64,000 nucleotides of DNA, from contig CAZUBM010000005.1 of the NCBI GenBank assembly GCA_964618805.1, positions 32,094-96,093 on the forward strand, read 5' to 3'. The stretch comes from an uncultured Nitrososphaerota archaeon (GTDB lineage: Archaea > Korarchaeota > Korarchaeia > Korarchaeales > Korarchaeaceae). The notes under the pieces are model-generated. The model saw only the letters and a list, made by a program, of their open reading frames with translations, was not told the DNA's origin and did not search any database. Below, piece after piece: positions 39,712 through 50,124 of the stretch; positions within the stretch are counted from its first letter, which is position 1; each line of letters starts with the position of its first letter. The position numbers and the translations under genes are program-made.

Positions 39712-41109
39712 TTGCCAAAGAGCTATGATGTTGCAATAGTTGGAGCAGGTCCCACTGGGATATTTGCGGCATATGAGATAAAGCAAAGATTCCCTGATGC
39801 TGATGTTATAATCTTGGATTTGGGCCCGGACTTGGAAAATAGAAAGTGTCCGGCTTGGATATCTGGAAAATGTACTCTTTGCTCAGTTTGTTCAGTTATG
39901 TCAGGATTTGGAGGAGCTGGTGCCTTTAGTGATGGTAAGATTAACTTAAGCGATAAAGTTGGAGGTTCTTTGCACGAATTTGTTGATGAAAGCAGTCTTC
40001 TCAAGATAATTTCTTATGTTGACCATTTGTATGTTGAAATGGGCGCTCCAAAAAAGATTTGGGGAACAGATGTTGATAAGATAAAGGAATTAAAGCGAAA
40101 GGCCTATAAACATGGATTTCTTCTCATTCCTTACAGAGTAAGGCATATGGGACTTAGTGGAAGCAGAAAAGTGCTCAATAACTTCAGACGAGTTTTAGAA
40201 GATCTTGGAGTAGAGATGGTTTTCAGAAAGAGAGTAGAGCACATAATAGTAGAAAATGGCAGAGTAAAAGGGGTTCAGGTTCAGGGAGATGGAATTATAA
40301 GATCTAGATTTGTTGTTGCAGCGCCTGGAAGGGTTGGCGCAGACTGGTTAGTTAATGAAGCAAATAGACTGTCTCTGGGTGTCGAGGGTGGAAGGATAGA
40401 TTTAGGAGTTAGGGTCGAAGTACCAGCTGAAACGATGAGAGAGTTCACCGATGTCCTGTATGAACCGAAGCTTGTTTACTACTCTAAAACATTCGATGAC
40501 AAGGTTAGGATGTTCTGCGTGAATCCGGGAGGAGAAGTCATAACCGAATCATATTGGGGAATTGTAACAGTAAACGGACTATCCAAAGGAGATGAAATGA
40601 CTGAAAACACAAATTTCGCTTTATTAGTATCTACAAAGTTCACAGAGCCATTTGAGAACACGATATCGTATGCACTAGACATAGCTAGGTTGGCAAATAA
40701 CATAGCAGGAAATCAACCGTTAATTCAAAGGCTGGGAGATCTCATTAGAGGAAGGAGAAGTACGCCTAATCGCATTAAGCGAAGCATAGTAAGACCAACT
40801 TTAAGAGGAGCGGTTCCCGGTGATTTAAGTTTTGTGCTCCCATATAGATACCTTACTGACATAATAGAAACTCTAAGGGCTTTAAATGAGTTAATGCCAG
40901 GAATATATTCTGATCACACCCTTCTTTATGGTGTTGAGATAAAACTCCATACAGCCAAACTAAAACTCGGTCCTAACCTTGAAAGCCTCAAAATAAAAGG
41001 ACTTTATGCCGGAGGAGATGCTGCAGGGGTGTCTAGGGGACTACTACAGGCCTCTGCTTCTGGTGTCATAATTGGAAGGGACATTGCAGATAGACTTAGG
41101 TCCAGTTAA
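39712..41109 (+). CDS. FAD-dependent oxidoreductase (COG2509-like)
   Basis: GAGPTG, GFGGAGAFSDGK, DLGVRVE, FCVNPGG, GDAAGVSRG. Confidence 0.88.
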   Translation: MPKSYDVAIVGAGPTGIFAAYEIKQRFPDADVIILDLGPDLENRKCPAWISGKCTLCSVCSVMSGFGGAGAFSDGKINLSDKVGGSLHEFVDESSLLKIISYVDHLYVEMGAPKKIWGTDVDKIKELKRKAYKHGFLLIPYRVRHMGLSGSRKVLNNFRRVLEDLGVEMVFRKRVEHIIVENGRVKGVQVQGDGIIRSRFVVAAPGRVGADWLVNEANRLSLGVEGGRIDLGVRVEVPAETMREFTDVLYEPKLVYYSKTFDDKVRMFCVNPGGEVITESYWGIVTVNGLSKGDEMTENTNFALLVSTKFTEPFENTISYALDIARLANNIAGNQPLIQRLGDLIRGRRSTPNRIKRSIVRPTLRGAVPGDLSFVLPYRYLTDIIETLRALNELMPGIYSDHTLLYGVEIKLHTAKLKLGPNLESLKIKGLYAGGDAAGVSRGLLQASASGVIIGRDIADRLRSS

Positions 41110-41122
41110 AAAATATTCAAAC

Positions 41123-41130
41123 TTTTTATA
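41123..41130 (+). promoter_or_regulatory. Candidate TATA box of the uL14-led ribosomal operon
   Basis: CAAAC-TTTTTATA upstream of GGAGGGTGA SD and the uL14 start. Confidence 0.5.
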
Positions 41131-41172
41131 CCTGTTAAGCTGGATCTCCTGCGAGAAAAGGGAGGGTGAAAT

Positions 41173-41601
41173 TTGGCTAGAAGGCTTGCAAGAAGACGCA
41201 AAGTTCAAGGCATTAAACCTAAAATAACACGTGGCCTTCCTACACTTGCTAGAATCAAATGTGCAGATAATACTGGTGCTAGAATATTAGAAATCGTTGG
41301 GACGGTAGGATATAAGGGCAGAAAAGGAAGATTACCTTCTGCAAGTGTTGGAGACATGGTCGTCGTAGTAGTAAAGAAAGGTAAAAACGAACTTATGCAT
41401 AAACCTATGAGAGCCATAATTATCAGGCAGAAAAAAGCATATAGGAGGAAGAATGGGCAATGGATCCAGTTTGAGGATAACGCTGCAGTTATTGTCGATA
41501 ACGAAGGAGTTCCCAAAGGCAGCGAAGTTAAAGGACCAATTGCTAAAGAAGCAATAGAGCGTTGGCCTACTCTGGGCGCTCTTGCGGCAACTGTTGTATG
41601 A
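41173..41601 (+). CDS. rpl14: 50S ribosomal protein uL14
   Basis: [27 protein letters not shown]. Confidence 0.97.
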   Translation: MARRLARRRKVQGIKPKITRGLPTLARIKCADNTGARILEIVGTVGYKGRKGRLPSASVGDMVVVVVKKGKNELMHKPMRAIIIRQKKAYRRKNGQWIQFEDNAAVIVDNEGVPKGSEVKGPIAKEAIERWPTLGALAATVV

Positions 41602-41614
41602 AAAGGGTGATGTT

Positions 41615-41983
41615 ATGAAAAAGCCAACATCTTCTAAACCATCAAAGCAGAGGAAGTACCTGTATAGAGCCCCAAAGCATCATCGAGGAAAGATTATGTC
41701 AGCTCATTTATCTCCAGAGCTTAGAGAGAAGTATCTCACAAGGTCTTTCCCGATTAGGGTCGGAGATAAAGTTATCGTATTAAGGGGGGACTACAGAATG
41801 CATGAAGGCAAAGTGATTAAGGTAGACAGAAAAAAGTACAGAATCCACATTGAAGGATTAAGGAGGAAAAAAGTTGATGGAACGGAAGTTCCTGTTCCAA
41901 TTCATCCCTCTAAAGTCATGATTATAGAGCTAGATCTGAAAGATGAGGAAAGAAAGGCTTCATTAGAAAGGAGGGGAGGTTAG
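41615..41983 (+). CDS. rpl24: 50S ribosomal protein uL24
   Basis: [32 protein letters not shown]; ATG 41615 after GGTGA SD. Confidence 0.95.
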   Translation: MKKPTSSKPSKQRKYLYRAPKHHRGKIMSAHLSPELREKYLTRSFPIRVGDKVIVLRGDYRMHEGKVIKVDRKKYRIHIEGLRRKKVDGTEVPVPIHPSKVMIIELDLKDEERKASLERRGG

Positions 41984-42709
41984 ATGGGTAGAAAAGGCAG
42001 CACTGCACACTTAAAAAGGCTAGCCAGCCCCAAGCACTGGCCAGTTCCGAGAAGGATAAAAAAGTGGGCAGTAAGACCTAAACCTGGCCCTCATGGAATA
42101 AAGGATGGAATTCCTCTTCTCATATTAGTGAGAGATATCTTAGGTTTAGCTCTAACTGGGAGAGAAGCTCGCAGGATTATATCTCAAAAAAGGATCCTTG
42201 TCGATGGAAAGCCCAGGTATGACTACAAGTTTATTGTAGGCGTAATGGATGTGATTTCTATTCCAGATATTGATCTTAATCTTAGATTGGTCCCTGATGC
42301 AAAGCATCACATAAAACCGATTGAAATTCCGAGGGAAGAGGCTGATAAGAAATTAGTTAAAATTGAGAGGAAGGTTTCCATAAAAGAAGGAAAACTACAA
42401 TTAGGAACACATGATGGTAGAAATTTTGTCATACATCCAGAAAGTGAATATTTTGGAGTTTCTCTAGGAGATTCTCTTCTTATAAGAGTTCCCCAGCAGG
42501 AAGTTCTGCGATATTTCCCACTTAGAGAGGGATATATTGGAATTATACTCAAAGGAGAGAAGGCGGGTAGAATCTGCCGGATAGAAAAAGTTAGTGAGCT
42601 TGTAGAGGCTAAGGATTTAGATAGACCTGATAAAATTTACAGGGTTCTTCCCCATAACATAATGGTCGTGGGAGAGGGAACGCCTGCCATAAAGGTGAGA
42701 GAATCATGA
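41984..42709 (+). CDS. rps4e: 30S ribosomal protein eS4
   Basis: HLKRLASP, PGPH, GVMDVI, HDGRN. Confidence 0.95.
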   Translation: MGRKGSTAHLKRLASPKHWPVPRRIKKWAVRPKPGPHGIKDGIPLLILVRDILGLALTGREARRIISQKRILVDGKPRYDYKFIVGVMDVISIPDIDLNLRLVPDAKHHIKPIEIPREEADKKLVKIERKVSIKEGKLQLGTHDGRNFVIHPESEYFGVSLGDSLLIRVPQQEVLRYFPLREGYIGIILKGEKAGRICRIEKVSELVEAKDLDRPDKIYRVLPHNIMVVGEGTPAIKVRES

Positions 42710-43284
42710 ACTCTGAAGCGTATACATTATCAATTAAGGAAGAAGAAATCATACAAAGATGGGAGAGGAATCCTGCATTAAAGCCGAGAGTTCACTCTGT
42801 AACGTTACATATTTGTCCAGGACGTAGTGGTGAAATCTTGCAGAAGACATCTCTAATTCTAGAAGAACTTTCTAATCAAAAACCGGTGATTCATAAGGCA
42901 AAGCGGACAATAAGGAATTTTGGGATCAGAAAGGGGGAGCCAATAGCTGTTTCAGTTACTGTTAGAGGAAGGAAGGCTTTAGAAGTTCTAGACAGGGTTG
43001 TAGAGGCTGTTGGAAGGAGAATAAAGGCTAAGTCATTCGATGAATTTGGAAACTTCTCTTTTGGAATAAAGGAACATATTGACATACCTGGAATTAAGTA
43101 TAAGGCCGAGATTGGTGTATTTGGGATGGATGTTAATGTTACATTGGAAAGAATTGGCTATAGAGTTAAGAGGAGAAGAATTAAAAGAAGCCACATACCT
43201 AGGAAACACCTACTATCAAAAAAGGAGGCAATAGTATTTGCCAGGAATTACTTAAACTTAGAAATAATAGAGGAGGGCGATTAA
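42706..43284 (+). CDS. rpl5: 50S ribosomal protein uL5
   Basis: [33 protein letters not shown]. Confidence 0.96.
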   Translation: MNSEAYTLSIKEEEIIQRWERNPALKPRVHSVTLHICPGRSGEILQKTSLILEELSNQKPVIHKAKRTIRNFGIRKGEPIAVSVTVRGRKALEVLDRVVEAVGRRIKAKSFDEFGNFSFGIKEHIDIPGIKYKAEIGVFGMDVNVTLERIGYRVKRRRIKRSHIPRKHLLSKKEAIVFARNYLNLEIIEEGD

Positions 43285-43285
43285 C

Positions 43286-43453
43286 ATGGCTATAAAAACG
43301 GATAAAAAGAAAAGGACAAAAGGTAAAGGGGCTTATCGATGCCGCAGGTGCGGTAGAGTTGGATACGGCATCATAAGGAAGTACAATCTATACTTATGTA
43401 GACAATGCTTCAGGGAAATAGCTCCCCTTATGGGATGGAAGAAATACGAATAG
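43286..43453 (+). CDS. rps14: 30S ribosomal protein uS14 (not in ORF track)
   Basis: Manual translation [55 protein letters not shown]. Confidence 0.95.
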   Translation: MAIKTDKKKRTKGKGAYRCRRCGRVGYGIIRKYNLYLCRQCFREIAPLMGWKKYE

Positions 43454-43457
43454 GTGA

Positions 43458-43856
43458 ATGTGGATGACGAGGTTGGATCCTTTAGCAGACGCTCTTAGCA
43501 AAATAACCAATGCTTCTATAGTAGGAAAAAGAGAGGTTACAATTGATATAGCCTCAAAACTAATTGGTAAGGTCCTGAGCATTTTGCAGAAGGAAGGATA
43601 TATCGGTAGGTTTGAGAGGATATATGAGGGAGGTCATGCGAAGTATAGAGTTGAACTCTTAGGAAGAATTAACAAAGCAGGGAGCATAAAGCCAAGGTTC
43701 TCCGTTAAAAAAGATGGTTTCGAGGCTTGGGAGAGAATTTACTTACCAGCCAGGGATATTGGCGTCATAATCGTCTCAACTCCTCAAGGGGTCATGGCTC
43801 ACAAGGAAGCGAAAAAGTTAGGAATAGGAGGGGTTCTCATAGCTTATTGTTATTAA
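43458..43856 (+). CDS. rps8: 30S ribosomal protein uS8
   Basis: [32 protein letters not shown]. Confidence 0.96.
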   Translation: MWMTRLDPLADALSKITNASIVGKREVTIDIASKLIGKVLSILQKEGYIGRFERIYEGGHAKYRVELLGRINKAGSIKPRFSVKKDGFEAWERIYLPARDIGVIIVSTPQGVMAHKEAKKLGIGGVLIAYCY

Positions 43857-43868
43857 AAGGGATCAGGA

Positions 43869-44456
43869 ATGAGTAAAATACAGTTTCCAGCAAAGGTTTG
43901 GAACAAAGTTGCTGATTTTTCTCTATCATTAGAGGTTAATATCGAAAAAGATGTTAATGTCTCGATAGAGAGCGAGGAAATCATAGTTAAGGGACCAAAA
44001 GGCGAGCTAAGAAAGAAATTTAACTCAAAACTATTAGATATAGAAGTTGATGAGAAAAATAAGAGAGTAATTTTAAGAGTATTTAATTCGAAGAAATTTG
44101 AGAGATCTTATTTGAACACTATGAGATCTCATCTGAAAAACATGATGTTGGGAGTAACACAAGGATTTAGAAAAAAACTCATTGTGGCATATGCACACTT
44201 CCCAATTAGAGTGGAAGTGGATGAAAAAAATAAGATCATTCTTATACATAACTTTCTTGGGGAGAAAAAACCTAGAAAGGCAAAGATTGTTGGAGATGCA
44301 ACAAAAGTAAGTGTAAAAGGGGATCAAATAATAGTGGAGGGAATTTCAAAAGAAGAGGTTGGACAAACAGCTGCAAACTTAAGGCAGGCTACCAAGATTA
44401 GAAAGAAGGATCCTCGAGTCTTCATGGATGGGATATATGTTCTTAAGGAGGGTTAG
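43869..44456 (+). CDS. rpl6: 50S ribosomal protein uL6
   Basis: VKGPKGEL, YAHFPI, NFLGEK, VGQTAAN, DPRVFMDGIY. Confidence 0.96.
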   Translation: MSKIQFPAKVWNKVADFSLSLEVNIEKDVNVSIESEEIIVKGPKGELRKKFNSKLLDIEVDEKNKRVILRVFNSKKFERSYLNTMRSHLKNMMLGVTQGFRKKLIVAYAHFPIRVEVDEKNKIILIHNFLGEKKPRKAKIVGDATKVSVKGDQIIVEGISKEEVGQTAANLRQATKIRKKDPRVFMDGIYVLKEG

Positions 44457-44458
44457 GA

Positions 44459-44854
44459 ATGAATAAGGAGTTAACAAAAGCCCTGCTAAAGTTGAAGAAG
44501 AAGAAACCTAGATTCTTGAATGTAGGAAGATATCTACATGGACATGGTCTTACTTCTTGGAGAAGACCTCGTGGCATTGATAATAAACAGAGAATAAGGA
44601 AAAAAGGTCAACCAAAAGTTCCCTCAATTGGTTATAAGAATCCAGAAAAGGTTAGGGGACTTCATCCTACCGGGTTAATTCCAAAAGTAATTCACAGCAC
44701 CTCTGATCTCGAGAGAATTCCCGAGGAAAGCAAGAAGAAAGTAATTATATATATCGGCAGGACTGTCGGGAAGAGAAAGAGGACTCAATTAATTGAGAAG
44801 GCAAGAGAATTAGGGTTTAGAATAATAAATGAAGGAGTTGAGACTCGAGAATGA
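44459..44854 (+). CDS. rpl32e: 50S ribosomal protein eL32
   Basis: WRRPRGIDNK, IGY, RGLHPTG, VGKRKR. Confidence 0.95.
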   Translation: MNKELTKALLKLKKKKPRFLNVGRYLHGHGLTSWRRPRGIDNKQRIRKKGQPKVPSIGYKNPEKVRGLHPTGLIPKVIHSTSDLERIPEESKKKVIIYIGRTVGKRKRTQLIEKARELGFRIINEGVETRE

Positions 44855-45288
44855 CAGATCTCAAGTATCAAAGGAGAGTTGCAGCTAAACTAGCGGGAGT
44901 AGGATTAGATCGCATCAAATTTGATCCAGATAGGATAGAAGAGATAGAAGAGGCAGTTACTAGGAGAGATATCAGTAGGCTAATTGCTCAAGGTGCGATC
45001 AAGATAATACAAAAGAAAGGGACTAGCAGAGCCAGAGCAAGAGCTAGAAGAGGCAAAAGAAAGGGTCCAGGAAGCTATAAGGGAAGCAGGCATGCCAGAT
45101 TAAGTAAAAAGAAGAGATGGATGAGGAAGATAAGGGCTCTTAGAAGGACTCTAAAGGAGATGAGGGATAGTGGCCTACTAAGCAAAAAAGAATACAGAGA
45201 GCTTTACCCTCGCTTATCCGTGTTTACAAGCATCGCCCACTTGAAATCACATGTGAAAAGAAGGGTGATACCCACGAGAGGTGAGTAA
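44851..45288 (+). CDS. rpl19e: 50S ribosomal protein eL19
   Basis: QRRVAA, GPGSYKG, WMRKIRALRR. Confidence 0.95.
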   Translation: MTDLKYQRRVAAKLAGVGLDRIKFDPDRIEEIEEAVTRRDISRLIAQGAIKIIQKKGTSRARARARRGKRKGPGSYKGSRHARLSKKKRWMRKIRALRRTLKEMRDSGLLSKKEYRELYPRLSVFTSIAHLKSHVKRRVIPTRGE

Positions 45289-45919
45289 TTTGGCAAGATC
45301 TGCAAGATACAAGGTTAAATTTAGAAGGAGGAGAGAGGGAAAAACAGATTATAGGAAGAGATTAGCTCTTTTGAAGAGCGGAAAAATTAGGATGGTTGTT
45401 CGAAAGAGCAATAAGTTTGTCACGGTTCAATTTGTGAAGTCAAAGTTAGAAGGAGATGAAGTTATTGCTTATGCTTATTCCAAAGAATTACAAAAACTGG
45501 GTTGGTTATTCTCCTGTAAGAATGTCCCTGCGGCATATCTTACTGGTTATATGGCTGCCTTAAGAGCAAAAAAGGCTGATATTAAGGAAGCGGTGTTGGA
45601 CATTGGAAGATACCCTTCTACGAAGGGCTCTAAGCTTTATGCAGCACTTAAGGGAGCCTTAGATGCTGGATTGTCCATCCCTCACTCAGATGAAATCTTG
45701 CCTGAGCAGGGAAGAATAGAAGGTAAACACATAGCTGAATGGGCAACTGCTTTAAAGGAAGAAAATGAAGAACTCTATAAAAGGTTCTTCTCTGAATATA
45801 TTAGGAAGAAAGCCAGGCCAGAGGAAATCCCTAAGACCTTTAAATTGATCTTGGAGAGAATAATGAGTGAAGTTCAAGGGTCCAAAGTGCAAGATGGAGG
45901 GATAAAGTTTGAGCCTTGA
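45281..45919 (+). CDS. rpl18: 50S ribosomal protein uL18
   Basis: RRRREGKTDY, NVPAAYLTG, LDIG, GALDAGL.IPH. Confidence 0.96.
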   Translation: MSNLARSARYKVKFRRRREGKTDYRKRLALLKSGKIRMVVRKSNKFVTVQFVKSKLEGDEVIAYAYSKELQKLGWLFSCKNVPAAYLTGYMAALRAKKADIKEAVLDIGRYPSTKGSKLYAALKGALDAGLSIPHSDEILPEQGRIEGKHIAEWATALKEENEELYKRFFSEYIRKKARPEEIPKTFKLILERIMSEVQGSKVQDGGIKFEP

Positions 45920-46556
45920 GGAAGAATGGGTTCCAAGGACTAGGCTTGGAAAGTTAGTTGCTGAAGGGAAAATACAGTCATTAGACGAGATTTTCAAGAG
46001 AGGATTGGTCATTAGGGAACCCGAAATAGTAGACATTTTGCTTCCAGATTTAAGACGAGAAATAATAGAGGTTAGGAGGGTACAGAGGCAGACTGATGCT
46101 GGAGAACTCAGTAGTTTAAGATTAGTTATAGCAATAGGAGATGGATCTGATTACGTTGGAGTTGGAAGAGGGAAGGGTAAAGAGTTCCGAGACGCTTTTA
46201 ACGATGCTCTTAAGAAGGCTAAGCTAAATTTAGTTAAAGTTAGAAAAGGTTGTGGTTCTTGGGAATGTGGATGTGGGCGGCCACATTCGATACCTGCTAC
46301 GGTTTCTGGAAAAATGGGTTCTGTTAGGGTAAAGCTTATTCCTGCACCTAGAGGAGCTGGACTTGTTGCTAACGAGGTTGCTAAAGTGATCTTATCGTTA
46401 GGAGGAATAAAGGACATTAGAGTCTTTTCCAGAGGGAATACTAGGAACAGAATGAACTATGCTTTTGCGATCCATGATGCGCTCAAGAATTTAATGGCGC
46501 TTCAGTTGCCTAGTAGTGAGAGAAGGCTTATATCAGGGAGTGAGATGAATCCTTAA
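45909..46556 (+). CDS. rps5: 30S ribosomal protein uS5
   Basis: WVPRTRLG, GCGSWECGC, PAPRGAGL. Confidence 0.96.
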   Translation: MSLEEEWVPRTRLGKLVAEGKIQSLDEIFKRGLVIREPEIVDILLPDLRREIIEVRRVQRQTDAGELSSLRLVIAIGDGSDYVGVGRGKGKEFRDAFNDALKKAKLNLVKVRKGCGSWECGCGRPHSIPATVSGKMGSVRVKLIPAPRGAGLVANEVAKVILSLGGIKDIRVFSRGNTRNRMNYAFAIHDALKNLMALQLPSSERRLISGSEMNP

Positions 46557-46614
46557 AAAAGGATCCAGATATTGGGTGTTGAAATCGTTTTACTTCTACC
46601 TGGAGGAATCATAA

Positions 46615-47106
46615 ATGGAAGGAAGCAGCTCCGATAGCAAAATTATGGCTGTGATAAGGATAAGAGGTCTCATAGATGCTAGACCAGAGGTTCGCGCAAC
46701 TATGGAAATGCTTCGTCTAAAAAGAAAATTTAGAGCTACCCTTGTGCCCAATGAAGCCGCATATCTAGGGATGCTGAATAGGATTAAGGACTATTCAACA
46801 TTCGGAGAGATAGACCTAGCTACTCTTTCACTCCTTCTCCGGAATCGAGGCGAGTTAAAAGATGGTGGAAGACTCACTGATGAATGGCTAGCAAAAAATA
46901 CGGAGTTTAAAACTGTTGAGGAACTCGCTAAGGCGATAATCGATGGGAAGGTTAGATTCCACAAGATCGATTGGTTAAAACCATATTTTAGACTTCGGCC
47001 ACCGAGAAAAGGATTTAAACGAAGTACAAAGAGAGCTTGGAGAGATAAGGGAGAGCTCGGATATCGCGGAAACGATATAAATGAGCTAATAAGGAGGATG
47101 ATGTGA
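46615..47106 (+). CDS. rpl30: 50S ribosomal protein uL30
   Basis: AVIRIRG, MLRL, FRLRPPRKG, GELGYRG, INELIRRM. Confidence 0.95.
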   Translation: MEGSSSDSKIMAVIRIRGLIDARPEVRATMEMLRLKRKFRATLVPNEAAYLGMLNRIKDYSTFGEIDLATLSLLLRNRGELKDGGRLTDEWLAKNTEFKTVEELAKAIIDGKVRFHKIDWLKPYFRLRPPRKGFKRSTKRAWRDKGELGYRGNDINELIRRMM

Positions 47107-47107
47107 T

Positions 47108-47560
47108 ATGAAGGCAATTCCAAGAAGAGAAAAGAAAACTAAGAAGTACCGAGGAAGTCGATTTCATGGCTATGGAAAGCTTAGACAGCACAGAGGTGGA
47201 GGAAGGAGGGGTGGGCGTGGTAAGGCTGGGCTACATAAACACAAGTGGACATGGACCACAGCAAAAGCCCCAGATTACTTTGGACGTGGAAGAAGAGGGT
47301 TTAAGGTGCCAAAAGCTGTTTCACGAAAGACTATAAATCTTGGACAAATAGAGAAAAAATTAGAAGAGTTCTTAAGGCTCAATATTGCAAGCAAGACCCC
47401 AGATGGCATGTTAGAGGTCAATCTTGTTAAAGCAGGTTATGAAAAGGTTTTAGGAATGGGAAGGCTCAGTTCCCCCATAACGATTAAGTGTAAGGCTTTC
47501 TCAGAAAGTGCTGTAAAGAAGATTGAGGAAGTCGGTGGAAAGGCCATCCTAGTCAAATGA
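47108..47560 (+). CDS. rpl15: 50S ribosomal protein uL15
   Basis: RGSRFHGYG, GGRGKAG, KVLGMG, KIEEVGG. Confidence 0.95.
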   Translation: MKAIPRREKKTKKYRGSRFHGYGKLRQHRGGGRRGGRGKAGLHKHKWTWTTAKAPDYFGRGRRGFKVPKAVSRKTINLGQIEKKLEEFLRLNIASKTPDGMLEVNLVKAGYEKVLGMGRLSSPITIKCKAFSESAVKKIEEVGGKAILVK

Positions 47561-47561
47561 G

Positions 47562-48971
47562 GTGGTGAAGTTGAGTGTGAGAGATGCGATTTTCATGATC
47601 AATAAAGGAATACCTACCGTAGAGAGACCTAAGCAAAGGCCTTCTCTTAAAGAAAGGATTGTATGGACTGGTCTTGTGCTTATTGTATATTATCTACTCT
47701 CAAACATCCCTTTATGGGGGGTTCCTAAGGCAAGATATGATTATCTTAGAGAGCTAAGGCTAATTTTTGCTGGTTCCTTTGGAAGCCTGATAGAACTAGG
47801 TATCGGACCCATAGTTACCGCAGGTATCGTAATAGAACTACTAGTGGGTAGTGGTCTCATAGGATTAGATTTAACGGATCCGGAGGATAGAAGATTCTTT
47901 CAGGCAACCCAACGCGTCCTCTCAATCTTGTTAATAGTGTTATATAGTGTTTTCTATGTGATAGGTGGCAGGTTTGATCACATGCCGCTGAATAAGAGCG
48001 TACTAGTCATTGCACAACTGGCTCTTGGTAGCCTGATGCTAATGATGCTAGATGATCTGGTGAGTAAATGGGGTATTGGTAGCGGAATCAGTCTTTTTAT
48101 ACTCGCGGGTGTGACTACTGGCGTTTTCTGGAATATATTTGCTCCTGTTAAAGCGCCTGGAACGGAACGTATTGTGGGTGTTTTACCTGCTCTAATTATA
48201 GAGCAGGCGGGTGCTATATACAGGGCAGGCCTACCCGATCTTGTGGGTCTTGTCTCAACCGTCATAGTTATACTTATCGTGATAATCACTTACGGGATCC
48301 GGGTTAATGTACCAATCAGTCATACGCTTATGAGAGGGCAGAGAACAAGATATCCTATAAGATTACTTTATGTAAGCAATGTTCCCATAATATTTGCTCT
48401 GGCTCTCATAGGAGACATAGATCTAATGGCTAGAATTATTTGGTCTAGACTAGCCGAAAGCGCAACGGGATGGCAGCAGACCTTAATGAACATCTTGGGC
48501 ACCTTTGAAGTTGATCCTAATGGTCAATTGCGTGCTATTGGAGGATTAGCATATTACCTTTCTACACCCAGAGGTCCTACTGATATAATTCAGGATCCTC
48601 TTCGTTCTCTCATCTACTTAGCTATAATGGTCGGATCTAGCGTAATATTTGCAAAAATTTGGGTTATAACTGCTGGTATGGATCCTGAAAGCGTGTCGAG
48701 ACAGCTTGTTGAGCAAGGATTAGTTCTCCCTGGAAGGAGAGCTAGTTCCAAGGTTATTGCGAAGGTAATTGAGGATTATATAGACAGTGTCACTATTCTT
48801 GGCGGAGCTTTAGTCGGTCTTCTTGCAGCAGCAGCGAATTTTGCCGGAGCCATAGGTACTGGTAGTGGGCTTTTACTTGGTGTAACTATTACAATATCCT
48901 TCTACGAAGTTATTGCTAGAGAGAGAATGCTAGAGCTATATCCAAGACTTAAAGCATTCCTTGGTGTATAA
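47562..48971 (+). CDS. secY: Preprotein translocase SecY
   Basis: ELGIGPIVTAG, KWGIGSGISLFI, LLYVSNVPII, GTGSGLLL; about 10 TM. Confidence 0.97.
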   Translation: MVKLSVRDAIFMINKGIPTVERPKQRPSLKERIVWTGLVLIVYYLLSNIPLWGVPKARYDYLRELRLIFAGSFGSLIELGIGPIVTAGIVIELLVGSGLIGLDLTDPEDRRFFQATQRVLSILLIVLYSVFYVIGGRFDHMPLNKSVLVIAQLALGSLMLMMLDDLVSKWGIGSGISLFILAGVTTGVFWNIFAPVKAPGTERIVGVLPALIIEQAGAIYRAGLPDLVGLVSTVIVILIVIITYGIRVNVPISHTLMRGQRTRYPIRLLYVSNVPIIFALALIGDIDLMARIIWSRLAESATGWQQTLMNILGTFEVDPNGQLRAIGGLAYYLSTPRGPTDIIQDPLRSLIYLAIMVGSSVIFAKIWVITAGMDPESVSRQLVEQGLVLPGRRASSKVIAKVIEDYIDSVTILGGALVGLLAAAANFAGAIGTGSGLLLGVTITISFYEVIARERMLELYPRLKAFLGV

Positions 48972-48985
48972 GGGGAGGGATTATC

Positions 48986-49489
48986 TTGAAATTAGATTGG
49001 ATAATTTTTCCACCAGGATCTTACATCTTCCTAACATTACTGGCGTTTCTTATCACACTATTTGTTCAAATAGTGAACAAAAAGACTATTGATTATAGGA
49101 AATTGAGAAGGCTAAATCAAATTCAGAGAGAATATTACGAACTTCAAAGAGAATTTCTACGCACTGGGAACAAAAAGATAAAGAAGAAAATGGAAAAATT
49201 GAAGCCAGATGTAGATAGAGCTAGAGCAGAAAGCTTTAGCATGAGTATGAAGCCTATGCTCTACGTAACTTTACCGTTGCTAATAATTTGGCAGTTACTG
49301 CGTCCAATATACATGGAGGTTCCTATCGTTAGCTTACCTATCGAGCTACCTTTCTTAGGAATATTTAGGAGAAATAGTGCCCTCTCAACAAATGTACTCG
49401 GATTCTTCGGTTATTATACACTTGTGTCATACCTCCTCTCATTTATACTCCAAAAGATATTAGGTACAACGCTAGAGGTGGAGCAATGA
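48986..49489 (+). CDS. DUF106/EMC3-like (Oxa1 superfamily) membrane protein
   Basis: TM-coiled coil-MKPM-TM-TM layout; conserved position after secY. Confidence 0.8.
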   Translation: MKLDWIIFPPGSYIFLTLLAFLITLFVQIVNKKTIDYRKLRRLNQIQREYYELQREFLRTGNKKIKKKMEKLKPDVDRARAESFSMSMKPMLYVTLPLLIIWQLLRPIYMEVPIVSLPIELPFLGIFRRNSALSTNVLGFFGYYTLVSYLLSFILQKILGTTLEVEQ

Positions 49490-49812
49490 TGGAGATAACG
49501 GAACTTAATGTTCGAGGAACTAGAAGAAGATTGAAAAAGAAAAGGGTGGCTGTTAGGACACCAGGAGGTAAAATAGTCTATCATTACAAGGTAAAGCGGC
49601 AGAGCCCAGCAAGATGTGCTATATGTGGGAGACCTCTTAATGCTACGCCCACAGGTCCTAAATCTTTTATGAGAAAGCTTCCTAAGAGTAAAAAGAGACC
49701 TAACAGACCGTACGGTGGTTACCTTTGTCCTTCTTGCCTAAGAAGGATTATTCTAAAGAGAGCACTGAAGGAAGGAGAAATCCTATTAAAAGGAGAGGCT
49801 TCAGTTACATAG
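49486..49812 (+). CDS. rpl34e: 50S ribosomal protein eL34
   Basis: RTPGG, CAICG, RPNRPYGGYLC..C. Confidence 0.95.
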   Translation: MMEITELNVRGTRRRLKKKRVAVRTPGGKIVYHYKVKRQSPARCAICGRPLNATPTGPKSFMRKLPKSKKRPNRPYGGYLCPSCLRRIILKRALKEGEILLKGEASVT

Positions 49813-49837
49813 AATTTATGTAGGAGGGGAATGTAGT

Positions 49838-50107
49838 ATGGGTCTAATAGAAGTTGGACGTGTCTGTATCAAGACAGCTGGAAGAGAAGCAGGTAAGAAG
49901 TGCGTAGTTGTGAAAATACTTGACAAGAACTTTGTAGAAATAACAGGACCTAAGGAATTGACAGGAGTTCGTCGAAGGAGAGTGAACGTAAAACATCTTC
50001 TTCCTCTTCCCATAAAAATTGAAATTTTAGAGGACGCAGGAGATGAAGAGGTGTTAGAAGCCCTGAAAAACACTGAATTATATAAGGAGATCATTGAGGC
50101 TAAATAA
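49838..50107 (+). CDS. rpl14e: 50S ribosomal protein eL14
   Basis: IEVGRVCIKTAGREAG, TGVRRRRVN. Confidence 0.95.
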   Translation: MGLIEVGRVCIKTAGREAGKKCVVVKILDKNFVEITGPKELTGVRRRRVNVKHLLPLPIKIEILEDAGDEEVLEALKNTELYKEIIEAK

Positions 50108-50124
50108 TGGGAGAAAGTGATTAA

